Positions 37,964 through 48,499 of a stretch of DNA of 53,867 bases are shown here, one piece after another. The stretch comes from an uncultured Planctomycetaceae bacterium. GTDB taxonomy: Bacteria; Planctomycetota; Planctomycetia; Planctomycetales; Planctomycetaceae. Positions within the stretch are counted from its first letter, which is position 1; the number at the start of each line of letters is the position of its first letter. The DNA lies in contig CAWFAK010000001.1 in assembly GCA_963813715.1 (NCBI GenBank), positions 1-53,867 of the forward strand, in the 5' to 3' direction. A program made the translations under genes and the position numbers. The notes under the pieces are model-generated. The model saw nothing but the letters and a program-made list of their open reading frames with translations. It was not told the DNA's origin and did not search any database.

Positions 37964-38284
37964 ATGGGTTACGAAGGCAAAGTGGTTCTGGAATATCTCA
38001 GTCGAACGCACGACACGACTCTGCTCACCGATCGCGAGAAGCACCTCGTCGGTCTCGCCGTGACCATGACCCGGGGGTGCCAGGTCTGCACGCGGGGCCG
38101 AATCGAGAAGGCACAAGCGGCCGGCATTTCGGACGATGTGCTCAACGCCTTGGTGGAAATCGTGTCCGCCGTCAACGCCGGGGTCGCCGCGGCCACGGCT
38201 CGAGAGGGTTTTCGCCAAGCCGACGCTTCCGCGGTCGAGGCGTGCGGCGCGCTCTGTGCCGCGGAGACTGCTGTGAATCGCTGA
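37964..38284 (+). CDS. Carboxymuconolactone decarboxylase/AhpD family protein
   Basis: LTDREKHLVGLAVT...GCQVC...AQAAGIS; RBS ggagaagga. Confidence 0.85.
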   Translation: MGYEGKVVLEYLSRTHDTTLLTDREKHLVGLAVTMTRGCQVCTRGRIEKAQAAGISDDVLNALVEIVSAVNAGVAAATAREGFRQADASAVEACGALCAAETAVNR

Positions 38285-38628
38285 GGAGCGAACCGCGGCG
38301 CGGAAACTTGCGTGCTCAGCAATTCTTTGAGCGCCAAGATGAGGTTCGTTTTCCGGTCCGACATCGTCACCGCACCGCGCGAGTTCAGGCGAGGCGGGCC
38401 CATTTGGCCGCTGGCATCATCGTGCTCGCTGAGAGTAACCACGCCTCAGTTTCGATCCAGCGCATTTGGCGGGCCGTGATGCTCCTCCTCGCTCTCAGGT
38501 TCCTCGGCACTCAGACCGGCGCGGAAGTGAACGTACTGCAGGTTGGGCATCGATCTCTTGCGTCCAAGGGATTAGAAAAGAACTCGTGATAATGCCGCTG
38601 TCCGTTGGCGCTGCTGAACCTTCATCAC

Positions 38629-40038
38629 ATGAGTCGACCCGATCCGCAGACCCCTTCTGATCCCCGGCCAGCCGATCCCCTGTCAGCGCGGGCCCGAGCG
38701 AGTTGGTCCGAGTTCGTTGCCCGGGTCCGGAGCGACCGCTGGATGCGCCTCGCAGTGGTGTCCGGCCTGTTCCTGTTGGTGGTGATGCCGCTGAGCGTGT
38801 GGTGGGTGGTCTATCGGTTCACCCATTCGATCACGGACGACGCCTTCGTCGAAACGCACGTCGTCAACATCGCCCCGCAGGAGGTTTCCGGCCACCTCGT
38901 CCGCTACCAGGTTCAGGAATACGACACGGTCGCCGCCGGCCAGTTGCTGGCTGAGATCGACCCGGTGCCCTACCGCGAGCAGGTGGCGCTGCTCGAGGCG
39001 AAGCTCGGCGTCGCCCAAGCGCAACTGGCCGCGGCGAAAACGTCGTTGGAACGGCTGCAGGCCCAAGTGCCGCGAGAGATCGAGGTCGCCGAGCGGGCGC
39101 TGGACGCCGCGAAGGCCGAGCAGTCCCAGGAGGAAAAGACGCTGCAGTTCACCATCGAGGATGTGGAGAAGGGCATTCACGAGGCGCGGTCAGACCTGGA
39201 GGCTGCCCGTGCCCGACTCGACCTCGCGGAAAAGGATCAGACCCGCTATGCCGCGCTCTTCGCGAACGAGGCGGCCACGCAACGGGAGTCCCAGGTGGCG
39301 ACCCGGACGTACCAAACCACCCGCGCTGACGTGAAGGCGTCGGAAGCCCGGCTTGGGCGGGCGTTGGCGGGAACCAAGAAGGTGGACGCGGCCCGGCAGG
39401 CGGCGGCCGCGGCCGCCCATCAGGCGCAGAAGGCCGAGCGGTCGGTGTCGGTCGCCCTGACCCGCCGGCTGGAAATCACGGAAGCCGAGCGGCAGGTCGA
39501 GGTCAACAACCAGCAGGTCGGCGAAGAGCGGCGCGCGCTGGACGTGGCGAAGACCAATCTGCGCTACACGCGGATCGTCGCCCCCTTCCCCGGAGTCATC
39601 GTGCACTTGTATCGGCATCTGGGGGATCACGTGCCCGCGGGAACGCCGGTCCTCAGCATCTACAACCCTGAGCTGACCTACGTCACGGCCAATTTGGAAG
39701 AATCAAAGCTCGAGGGCGTCGCGCCGGGCAACCGGGTGCGGCTGGACGTTGTCGCCTTCAGCGAGCCATTCCGCGGCCGTGTCGTATGGATCAACAAGGC
39801 CACCGGTGCGAACTTCGCGCTGGTGCCGCGGAACCTCTCGTCGGGCGAGTTCACCTACGTCGTGCAGCGCGTGCCGGTGCGGATCCTGGTCGAGAAGGAC
39901 GATCGCTGGCCGCAGTTGCGCGCGGGCCTGTCGGTGACGGTGTCGATCGAACACGGGCCGGGCGACCCGGAGTGGGCGAAGCAGGCGGCCGACGAGATGC
40001 GGGCACTGGAGGCGACGGTCAAGCCGAGCGGGGACTGA
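38629..40038 (+). CDS. HlyD/EmrA-type membrane fusion protein
   Basis: TM, TDDAFV, GQLLAEIDP, TRIVAPFPG, ANLEES, ATGANFALVP...VVQRVPVRI. Confidence 0.93.
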   Translation: MSRPDPQTPSDPRPADPLSARARASWSEFVARVRSDRWMRLAVVSGLFLLVVMPLSVWWVVYRFTHSITDDAFVETHVVNIAPQEVSGHLVRYQVQEYDTVAAGQLLAEIDPVPYREQVALLEAKLGVAQAQLAAAKTSLERLQAQVPREIEVAERALDAAKAEQSQEEKTLQFTIEDVEKGIHEARSDLEAARARLDLAEKDQTRYAALFANEAATQRESQVATRTYQTTRADVKASEARLGRALAGTKKVDAARQAAAAAAHQAQKAERSVSVALTRRLEITEAERQVEVNNQQVGEERRALDVAKTNLRYTRIVAPFPGVIVHLYRHLGDHVPAGTPVLSIYNPELTYVTANLEESKLEGVAPGNRVRLDVVAFSEPFRGRVVWINKATGANFALVPRNLSSGEFTYVVQRVPVRILVEKDDRWPQLRAGLSVTVSIEHGPGDPEWAKQAADEMRALEATVKPSGD

Positions 40039-40042
40039 TTGC

Positions 40043-41604
40043 ATGTCCGCAGCGCCCAGCCAACAAACGACGCCGACGGGGATCCACCGGGAGGACGCTC
40101 ATCGCCACGATCCTGGTGGCCGGGTTCGTCTTCTCGCTCAATGCCCGGGGCTACATTCTGGAGAGCGATGTCGTGACCCAGGCGTTCGGGCTGGACCACT
40201 ACAAGATCCAGTGGGTCACCGGTCCGGAGGGGATTGCCGGCCTGGCCTCCTTGTTCACGGCCATCTACCTCATGAAGGTGTTCGGGGCCCGCTGGGTTTT
40301 CCTCCTCGGCACTGGTTGTATGGCCGTGGGTGCGCTGGGCGAATCGATGGCGCGCACGCCGATCGAGTTCGGCGTCACAGGCGTCCTGCGCAGTTGCGGG
40401 GGGTTTCTCGCGATCCCCGGTCTGATCATGTTCCAGCGGCTGATGCCGGGGCGGAGTCGCTTCGCGTACTGCACCTGGCTGACCCTGGTGTACGGCGGCC
40501 AGGTCATCGTCGAATCTGCCGGCGCGCTGCGTGGCCTTCAATCCGTCGTGGCGGGCGCTGTTCCTCGGCATCGGCGTGTGTAGTGCGGCGCTCGTGCTGG
40601 TGGGGCTGTGCCTCTTCCCCGACGACCGGCCCAAGCAGCAGCCCGAGCACGGCTTCGACTTCGCCGGCGCGGGCCTGTTCCTGGTTTTCTTCGGGCTGAT
40701 CTTGTTCCTCTTGTACCGCGGCGACTACCTGGGCTGGCGCGTGAGCACTCCGATCTGCGCCGCCGTTGCGGGCACGCTGGTTGTCACTGCCCTGTTCATC
40801 TGGCGCGAGCTGGTCGCGCCCGAACCGTTTATCCACCTCGGCGGGTTCGCCTACCGGACCGTTGCTCTGACGATGCTCGCCTCGGCGTTCTGGTGCGCCG
40901 CGCTGTACGGAGTCTCGATTCAGTTGCCCGACTGCCTGCTGGCGCTCGGTTACGATCACTGGAAGACGGGCTGGGTGATTCTGCCCATGGGCCAGATCGT
41001 GCTCGTGGTGATGTTCCTGGGCGGCTTCGTCTGGCACCGAGGTGCCCTGGTCTGGCTCTATCGGATCGGCCTGGCCGGCATGACCGTCGTGGGATTGTGG
41101 CTCGCACGGATCGACATTTACACGCCCTGGCAGTGGGTGATGGGCGTCTCCAGCCTGTGGGCTGTGTTCGCCGGAATGTGCATGTCGCCGATCTCACAGC
41201 TCACCTTTCAAGGGCAACCTCCGCCCATCGCCGGAGCCACCGGCGCGATGAAGTTCTTCATGCGCTCGTTCAACGGCACAGTGGGCATCCTGCTGGCGGG
41301 CGTCCTGATCGATCAGGGGACGTGGTGGGGGCTGGATTTCGTCCGCGACGCGATCGTGCAGGGCCAGGGCGCGGTTCAAGCCGACATGCCGGGCATCCGC
41401 GACCACCTGATCCGCCATGGCAGCACACCAGTGGAGGCCGTCGCGCAGAGTGAGGCGGTTCTGAACGAGTGGGTCAACCTGCACGCCCACGTCATCGGCT
41501 ACCGCTCCGGCCTGCGCTTCTGTGCGTACCTGAGCGCGGCGGGACTGCTTGTCACGTGTTTCATCAGTCGACGCAAGGAGCCGAGCATTTTTGACGGCGG
41601 TTAA
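40043..41604 (+). CDS. EmrB/DHA2-like MFS efflux transporter (indels near 40090 and 40530)
   Basis: IQWVT, SWRALF, FDFAGAGL, FIWREL..PEPFIHL across three frames; directly after the fusion protein. Confidence 0.82.
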
Positions 41605-41617
41605 GCCCAGGGACCGA

Positions 41618-43252
41618 TCAGGGGCTGGGGGCAGCAATCGCTCCGGCCGGTTTGCTCTTGGGTGGCTGCGTTTCAAAGACTTCAAAAGACGACACGACCC
41701 CACCGCCCCCGCCGGCGGCGCTCGGCGGCAGCGACAGGTCTTGCGACTCACCGCCCGTCACGTACGTCAGCCGGGCCAGTGACGACAGGTAGTCGATTCG
41801 CGCGGAGACATAATGCTGCTCGGCCCGGGTCGCGGCAGTCTCTGCGTCGATGACGTCGGTCGGTGTCGCGGTGCCCTCGCGATACCGTCGGCGGACGATC
41901 CGCAGGGCCTCGGCCGACTGCTCGACGGCGGGGCGAGCCAGCCCGACTCGCTCTTGGTTCGCCACGACGGCGCGGTACGCCAGGTTCACTTGCAGGCTGA
42001 TGGCGTCCAAGATGGTCTGGGCGTCCGCGAGCGCGGCCTCGATCTCAGCATCGGCCTGCCGCAACTGGCCGCGGTGTTGGCCGCCGGCGTAGAGCGGAGC
42101 GTCGATGTGCAGCCCCGCCCCCTCTTGCCAGCCGGTAATCACGTTCTCTCCGTCGGTGTGGCCCGCGGCCGCGCGGACGAAGATCCGGGGCAGGAACTCG
42201 CCTTTTGCCGCTTCTCGTCCCTCCTGTGCGGCTACCACCGCTTCCCGCGCCACCGCGACCTCCGGCCGCTGTCCGGCAGCAAGATCCAAGAGCTCAGCGA
42301 GCGCACCTGGCAAGGGCGGCTGCGACTCCATGTCCACGACCTCCAGCGGCCACCCGGCGTTGCGCCCCATGGCGTTGTTCAGTCGGGCGACGGCATCGAA
42401 CTCGCCTTCGCGGGCCACGACGAGGGCCTCGCGGCTCTCCGAGAGTTGGACTTCCGCTCGCAGTACGTCGTCCTTGAGCGCGACGCCTTGCTTGCGCCGC
42501 GCGACCGTATCTTCCAGGATCGCTTCCGCGCGGCGGACGGCATCCTCCTGCACCCGGCGGGAGGCGCGGGCCAGCAGCACGCCCAGGTAAGCGTTGGCCA
42601 CGTCGAATTCCACGGTCTGGTTCGCGCGGGTGAGTTGGAGTTTCGTGATGCATTCGTGCGCGACCGCCTGGAGGTAATGGCCGCAGGTGCGACCGAAGTC
42701 GTACAGGGTCCACTCCAGCCCCACCTCGGTTTGCGCGTAGCTGCGAGTCCCTGTGCCGTTCGGCAGGAGGAATCCTTCGTTGCCCGGGATGCCGGGAGCC
42801 AGCGTGGAGGAGACGACGCCGTACTGCCCCAGAAGATCGACCTGCGGCAAGAAGGGGGCGAAGGCCACGCGCTCCTGGCCCTCTGCCCTGATGATGTCCG
42901 CGCGGGCCGACCGCAGCCGCGGGCTGTTCTGCAATCCGAAGGCGATGGCGTCCGCGAGCGTGAATCTCGTTGGCGCGCCACCCAATTCGGGAGGCAGCAG
43001 CGGATTCGCAGACGCTGGGCTTTGTGCGTCCGGCTTGACGACAGTTTCAGTCGGGTTGGTGTTGAGATCGGCGGGAATCAGGACCCGCGCCGACAGGCCA
43101 TCTTGGGTAAGTTCCGGCGGGACTGGCAACGCCGGTCGAAAAGAAGCACAGCCCGCGATCAGTACCACGAGTACCAGGGCGCAGACGCCGCGCAATTCGC
43201 GCGGCACGCCGTTGGTGGCCTGGGGAGTCTGCGGCAACGCAATTCGGGCCAT
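41618..43252 (-). CDS. TolC-family outer membrane efflux lipoprotein
   Basis: Lipobox LIAGC, TLADAIAFGLQNSP, FLPQVDL, WTLYDFG, RYREG.AT.TDVIDAE. Confidence 0.92.
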   Translation of the reverse strand: MARIALPQTPQATNGVPRELRGVCALVLVVLIAGCASFRPALPVPPELTQDGLSARVLIPADLNTNPTETVVKPDAQSPASANPLLPPELGGAPTRFTLADAIAFGLQNSPRLRSARADIIRAEGQERVAFAPFLPQVDLLGQYGVVSSTLAPGIPGNEGFLLPNGTGTRSYAQTEVGLEWTLYDFGRTCGHYLQAVAHECITKLQLTRANQTVEFDVANAYLGVLLARASRRVQEDAVRRAEAILEDTVARRKQGVALKDDVLRAEVQLSESREALVVAREGEFDAVARLNNAMGRNAGWPLEVVDMESQPPLPGALAELLDLAAGQRPEVAVAREAVVAAQEGREAAKGEFLPRIFVRAAAGHTDGENVITGWQEGAGLHIDAPLYAGGQHRGQLRQADAEIEAALADAQTILDAISLQVNLAYRAVVANQERVGLARPAVEQSAEALRIVRRRYREGTATPTDVIDAETAATRAEQHYVSARIDYLSSLARLTYVTGGESQDLSLPPSAAGGGGGVVSSFEVFETQPPKSKPAGAIAAPSP

Positions 43253-43785
43253 AAGGAATGACCTTCTGGGCGGGCTCGACTCTGCCCCAGCGGGTGCCGC
43301 GACATCGACGCCTCCTTTACCCAGATGAGATATTCAGCATTATCGGCATAATCGATAGCGCCCTTAACCCTCCGCGGCAGCGATGTTCGCGCGCTGACCA
43401 AAAAGTGTTGCTTTGCTGAAGGTCCGGGGCGTGCGTCCACGCCCCGCATAACCTTGGTTCGTCCGTACGGCCCCAAAATCTGGCGCATTAAGCGTACGAT
43501 CGGGCCCGTTTCTCGCAGACCCATCCGTTTTGTTTGAAATCCGCAAAGCGATGGTTTTCTCGGACTCAGCGGCCGACCTTTTGTGCGCGTCGGTCACATC
43601 GACGAAACGCACCGAACCCTTTGGTCCCGCCGGCGAACTGGAGGAGGTGCGGGCGGCCGATTTGTTCCAATCGACCGCGGATCGTCTTACGGATGCGGCC
43701 GAACCAGGATGTTGCTAGGTTGGCGAGTAACCCTGTTTCGGGCGCACGCCGCCGTTGAAACTGAAACAACGCTCCCGAGAATACG

Positions 43786-44280
43786 ATGGCGACTCCGGAT
43801 CCGCACAAGGCCCTCCGCGAACACCTCGTTTACCTCCTCCGAGGCGGCGGCGCCCACCTGCACTTCGACAAGGCGGTGGCTGACATCCCACCCGACCTCC
43901 GTGGCCGCACTGTCCCCACGGTGCCCCATAGCCCCTGGCGGCTCCTGGAACACCTGCGCCTTGCCCAATGGGACATCTTGGAATTCAGCCGCAACCCGAG
44001 GCACGTCTCGCCGCCCTGGCCGGACGGCTATTGGCCGCATGGCGACGCCCCGCCCGACGAGCGTGCTTGGGACTTGGCCGTGGACGCGTTCCGCACGGAC
44101 CTGGAGACGATGTGTGCCCTGGTCGCCGACCCGGCAACCGATCTGTTCGCCGCCATCCCGCACGGGGATGGGCAGACCGTCCTGCGGGAGGCGCTGCTCC
44201 TCGCCGACCACAACGCCTATCACCTCGGGCAACTGGTGGTGGTCCGGCGTCTGCTGGGTTGCTGGCCCGAAGAGGGCTGA
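43786..44280 (+). CDS. DinB/YfiT family protein
   Basis: GGAH...[18 protein letters not shown]...[12 protein letters not shown] (metal-binding His set). Confidence 0.9.
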   Translation: MATPDPHKALREHLVYLLRGGGAHLHFDKAVADIPPDLRGRTVPTVPHSPWRLLEHLRLAQWDILEFSRNPRHVSPPWPDGYWPHGDAPPDERAWDLAVDAFRTDLETMCALVADPATDLFAAIPHGDGQTVLREALLLADHNAYHLGQLVVVRRLLGCWPEEG

Positions 44281-44425
44281 CCGGGCTGGGCGCTCCGTCG
44301 GGCGGCGGGTCATCAAGCAGTGCCACCGAGCGGGGTGGTCGCGAGCTTGCGGCTGGTGTTCCTGATCAAGCGCTCCTTGGCGGAGAAACCCCGAACAGGA
44401 AAATAGGAACTGAAAAGGGGTGCAA

Positions 44426-46203
44426 ATGGCACGGTTGGTGTCAGTCAACGTGGGTCTACCCCGCGAGATCGCATGGCGTGGAAAGACTGTCTACACGTCC
44501 GTGTGGAAGGAGCCGGTGGAGGGCCGGCGCCTGGTTCGGCGGCTCAACGTCGATGGTGACGCACAAGGTGATCTGGCCGGTCACGGTGGCGAGCACCGCG
44601 CCGTGTTTGTCTACCAAATGGATTCTTACCGCTACTGGCAGCGGGAGCTGAAGCGGGACGATTTTACCCTCGGGCAATTCGGAGAAAACTTCACGGTCGA
44701 GGGCCTGGCGGACAATGAGGTCTCGATCGGCGACCGCTTCCGGATCGGCACCGCGCTGTTCGAAGTCACGCAGCCGCGAGTGACCTGCTACCGGGTTGGC
44801 ATGCGAATGGACGAGCCCAGGATGGCCTCTTTGCTGGTCGAACATCGCCGCCCTGGGTTTTATTTTCGCGTCCTACAAGAGGGCGAGGTCGGGGCGGGCG
44901 ACGAAATCGTCAAAGTTTCCGAGGACCCCGAACGCCTGTCGGTCGCCGCGGCCGACGCGCTGCTGTATCTTCCCCGGCCCAGCAAAGAAGAACTTTCCAA
45001 AGAAGAACTTAAAAGGGCTTTGCAGATCGCGGCCCTGAGCCCGGGCTGGAAGTCTTCATTTGAAGCTCTCCTCCGACAGATGATGCAGCCGGGTTCGCGC
45101 ACCGGGAATGCCGGACTCATGTCACTCGAACAGATCATCACGGCTGATCCTGGATTCCGGTCTCTGAGAGTGGCCAGAACGAATCGCGAGAGCAGCAATG
45201 TGGTCTCACTTGCGCTGGAGCCGGTGGACGGTCGTCCTCTGACGGTCCCTCTGCCCGGGCAGTTCGTGGCGGTGCGACTCCGTCCACAAGCTGACGCGCC
45301 TCCCGTCTTGCGCTGCTACTCCCTGTCTGATCTGCCGGACGCCGGTTATTATCGCATCGCCATCAAGGAGGAACCGCATGGAATCGCCAGCACTTACTTG
45401 AGCAGGCGCGTTCGTGCAGGCGATGTCCTGGATGTCAGCGCCCCCGCGGCGCCTTCATCCTGCAGCCGGGCGAGCTGCCTGTCGTGCTGTTGAGCGCGGG
45501 CGTGGGTGTGACTCCGGTGATGGCCATGCTTCACGCACTGGCGGCCCACACGTCGCCGCGCCCAGTCTGGTGGATCTACGGAGCGCGCAATCGCCTGGAT
45601 CACCCCTTTGCCCGAGAAGCACGCGATATGCTGGCTAAGCTGCCCCATGCCCGGAGCTACGTCCAGTACAGCCGGCCCGACGCGGCTGACCAGCTGGGTG
45701 TTGACTTCGATGCGGCCGGCCGGCTGACCGCCACGGTCCTCGAAAAGCTGGACGTTCCCCGCGAATCCGATTTTTATCTGTGCGGCCCTCCCGCATTCCT
45801 GGAGGACTTCAAGACCGGACTCGCTGGTTGGGGCGTGGCCCCTGATCGCGTCCATACAGAGATTTTCGGTTCAGGCAAGTCCATCACGCCGGGTGTGAAG
45901 GAAGCGCCGCGCCGGCAACCGCACACGCCTGCCGGGTTGCCCGGCAAAGGTCCAAGAATTTCGTTTGCTCGCGCCGGCCTCGCGGCCTCTTGGGATCCCA
46001 AATTCCAGAGCCTGCTGGAGCTCGCGGAAGCCTGTGACCTCCCGGTGCGTTGGTTTTGCCGCACCGGAGTTTGCCATACCTGTGAGTGCGGGTTGATTTC
46101 CGGGTCGGTGAAATATGATCCCGAGCCGCTCGATCCTCCGGCGGCCGGAAACCTGTTGATTTGCTGCTCTCGCCCGCGAGAAGACTTGGTAATCGACATT
46201 TAG
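44426..46203 (+). CDS. MOSC + 3-alpha + FAD/NAD-binding + 2Fe-2S fusion oxidoreductase (indel near 45445)
   Basis: HGGEHRAV, FGENFTV, TQPRVTC (MOSC); RCYSL, SAGVGVTP, YLCGP (FNR); CRTGVCHTC...LICC (ferredoxin). Confidence 0.92.
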
Positions 46204-46265
46204 AGACGGCCCGCGACGGTCGCGTGGCTGAAGGTCCGCCTGCGTAGTAACGGAGAGGTGCAACA

Positions 46266-47213
46266 ATGGCAGAGAACGACAACCTGCGCTATACGAAAAT
46301 CGCCCTCAACAATGGATCCGGTGCGATCCCCGCCCTCGGCTTTGGCACACTGATTCCCGATCCCATCGAAACCAGAACCGCAACCAAAGCTGCGCTGGAG
46401 ACAGGATTTCGTGCGTTCGACGCTTCGGAACGCTACCGAAATGAAAAGGAGGTTGGCGAAGCGATGCAGGAGGTGTTCAAGGCGGGGAAGATCAAGCGGG
46501 AGGACGTGTTCGTCGCCACGAAGGTTTGGAACAACAATCATCGTCCGGAACGCGTCAAACCCGCCTTCGAGGCCAGTCTCAAGCGACTCCAAGTCGACTA
46601 CGCCGATCTCTATCTGATTCACACTCCCTTTGCCTTCCAACCTGGAGAGGAGCAAGACCCGAGGGATGCGAAGGGCGACGTGATTTACGACAAAGGCGTG
46701 ACGTTGCTCGACACGTGGAGAGCGTTGGAGGCCCTCGTGGATGGGGGCCGGTGCAAGGCCATCGGATTATCCGACGTCAACCTGGAGCAGGCGAAACAGA
46801 TCTTTGACGCCGCGAGAATCAAGCCGGCCGTTGTTCACGTCGAAAGCCATCCGTACCTTCCGGAATGGGACCTTTTGAACTACTGCAAGAAGAACCGCAT
46901 CGTGCTGCAAGCTTTCGCGGCGCTGGGGCACGGTATGGAGCCCAAGTTGTTCGAGCATCCTGTCATCACCGCGATCGCCAAGCGAGTCAACAAGACCCCG
47001 GCGCAGGTCTTGCTCGCCTGGGCGATCCAGCGCGGGACGGCCCTCCTGACGACCGCGACGACTTCCGCCCGGATCCAGGAGAACTTTGAAGTCTCGACCC
47101 TTCCTGAAGACGCCATGCGGGAGATTCGCGAAGGAATCACGTCGCAGATCAGGTTTAATGCCGTCGTGGGGACCGGCGTTCCCGGGTTCATTCCGAGAGA
47201 ACAGAAAGTTTGA
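46266..47213 (+). CDS. Aldo/keto reductase
   Basis: IPALGFGT, FDASERY.NE, FVATKVW, DLYLIH, KAIGLS. Confidence 0.93.
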   Translation: MAENDNLRYTKIALNNGSGAIPALGFGTLIPDPIETRTATKAALETGFRAFDASERYRNEKEVGEAMQEVFKAGKIKREDVFVATKVWNNNHRPERVKPAFEASLKRLQVDYADLYLIHTPFAFQPGEEQDPRDAKGDVIYDKGVTLLDTWRALEALVDGGRCKAIGLSDVNLEQAKQIFDAARIKPAVVHVESHPYLPEWDLLNYCKKNRIVLQAFAALGHGMEPKLFEHPVITAIAKRVNKTPAQVLLAWAIQRGTALLTTATTSARIQENFEVSTLPEDAMREIREGITSQIRFNAVVGTGVPGFIPREQKV

Positions 47214-47237
47214 GAACAATCACCCCAAGGAGCTCCT

Positions 47238-47834
47238 ATGCGACCTGACATTGTTCCGGGGGCTGTGTTTCCTGACCACGAGTTGTCGGATCACACTGCG
47301 AAGCGGCGGAAGCTCTCTGAACTGCAAGGACCACATCCCCTGGTTCTCGTGCTGAGCCGTGGCGGTTTCTGCCCCAAGGATCGCCGGCAGCATGAAGGAC
47401 TTCTCCAACTTCACCGCGAGCTCGAGGTCGGCTATTGCCGGCTGGTCACGATCAGCACGGACAACATCACCGAGACGAATGAGTTCCGTTCCGCAATCGG
47501 CGCGCACTGGCCCTTTCTTTCCGACTCAGCGCGCAAGGTCCAAAAAGATCTCGACATCGCTGAGTACACCGATTCGCTCCACAATCCGATGATTCCGTAC
47601 ACGATCGTGCTCGAGCCGGGGCTTGTCATTTACAAGATTTACAACGGCTACTGGTTCTTCGGCCGGCCGACGCTGGACGAGCTCCGTCTGGACCTACGCG
47701 CCGTGACCAAGAAATGCCGGCCGGACTGGGACATCACAACGCCCGAACTCAAAGCGGCGTGGCAGCAAGGCCGCAAGGAACTCTTCTATCCGTACGGCAA
47801 GACGTACGTCCAAACTCTCGGTGAACAGGATTAG
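47238..47834 (+). CDS. Redoxin/AhpC-TSA family protein
   Basis: FPDHEL, SRGGFCPKD, VTISTD, WPFLSD. Confidence 0.85.
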   Translation: MRPDIVPGAVFPDHELSDHTAKRRKLSELQGPHPLVLVLSRGGFCPKDRRQHEGLLQLHRELEVGYCRLVTISTDNITETNEFRSAIGAHWPFLSDSARKVQKDLDIAEYTDSLHNPMIPYTIVLEPGLVIYKIYNGYWFFGRPTLDELRLDLRAVTKKCRPDWDITTPELKAAWQQGRKELFYPYGKTYVQTLGEQD

Positions 47835-47943
47835 GATCAGCCCGCAGCGCGACCGTGGCTTGAGTGAGACTCCGCGTCCGTGCCTACCGGCGTTTTCCGA
47901 CAGAGCCTAAGCTTCGCCGACTCCTGTGCCGGTCACGCTATAA

Positions 47944-47979
47944 AGCAAAAAGCCACTTGCGATCGCTCGCAAATGGCTT
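47944..47979 (-). terminator. Intrinsic terminator after tRNA-Ala
   Basis: Minus strand AAGCCATTTGCGA-GCGA-TCGCAAGTGGCTT followed by TTTGCTTT. Confidence 0.8.
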
Positions 47980-47981
47980 CG

Positions 47982-48056
<75 letters not shown>

Positions 48057-48067
48057 GGAGCGCGCTA

Positions 48068-48097
48068 ACCATAGCACCTGACCGGCTTGCATGTCAA
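48068..48097 (-). promoter_or_regulatory. Sigma-70 promoter of tRNA-Ala
   Basis: TTGACA-18 nt-TATGGT with TG extension and GC-rich discriminator just before the tRNA. Confidence 0.75.
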
Positions 48098-48257
48098 CGA
48101 GTTCGGCGCGCGGCGAAAATCCGGCAGATTTTGCTGCAGAATCACTCCCATGGAGAGGTCAAAAGACCCCTCAGGCTGCCGCTCTCCCCATCGGAATCGG
48201 GCGAGCGTGCGGTGGCGGGGTCAGTGCTGGAACCGGTGATTCACCGCGGACTCCAGG

Positions 48258-48410
48258 TCACTTGGCTGAGCCTGTGTACTTTGCCGGTTCGGCCTTGGCT
48301 TTCTTGGCGCAGTCGTCGCAGCAGACGACGAGCTCTTTGCCGCCGACTTTCACTTTGATGCCGGCGTCCTTGATGTCCCAGTCGCACACGGGGCACTTTT
48401 TGGTGGGCAT
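48258..48410 (-). CDS. 50-aa Cys-rich TRASH/YHS-like metal-binding microprotein
   Basis: MPTKKCPVCDWDIKDAGIKVKVGGKELVVCCDDCAKKAKAEPAKY; gaggag RBS; GC3-rich codons. Confidence 0.8.
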   Translation of the reverse strand: MPTKKCPVCDWDIKDAGIKVKVGGKELVVCCDDCAKKAKAEPAKYTGSAK

Positions 48411-48499
48411 TACATCATCTCCTCGAACTTGCTCGATGGTCGTGGCCGCGAACGTTCGCGGGCCGTTCTTACGAGGAGATCCTAATCGTGCGGCTCGAA

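Noticed and set aside
38290..38550. Minus-strand frame MPNLQYVH...DRN-TGA-GVVTLSEH as possible selenoprotein readthrough
   Set aside because: No redox motif around the TGA, no recognisable family or SECIS; may be a gene remnant but cannot be supported.
44983..45010. SKEEL-SKEEL 15-nt duplication in the MOSC gene (similarly VRKNG twice at 48543-48578 in AraC)
   Set aside because: Small in-frame slippage duplications in linker or tail regions with no evident function.
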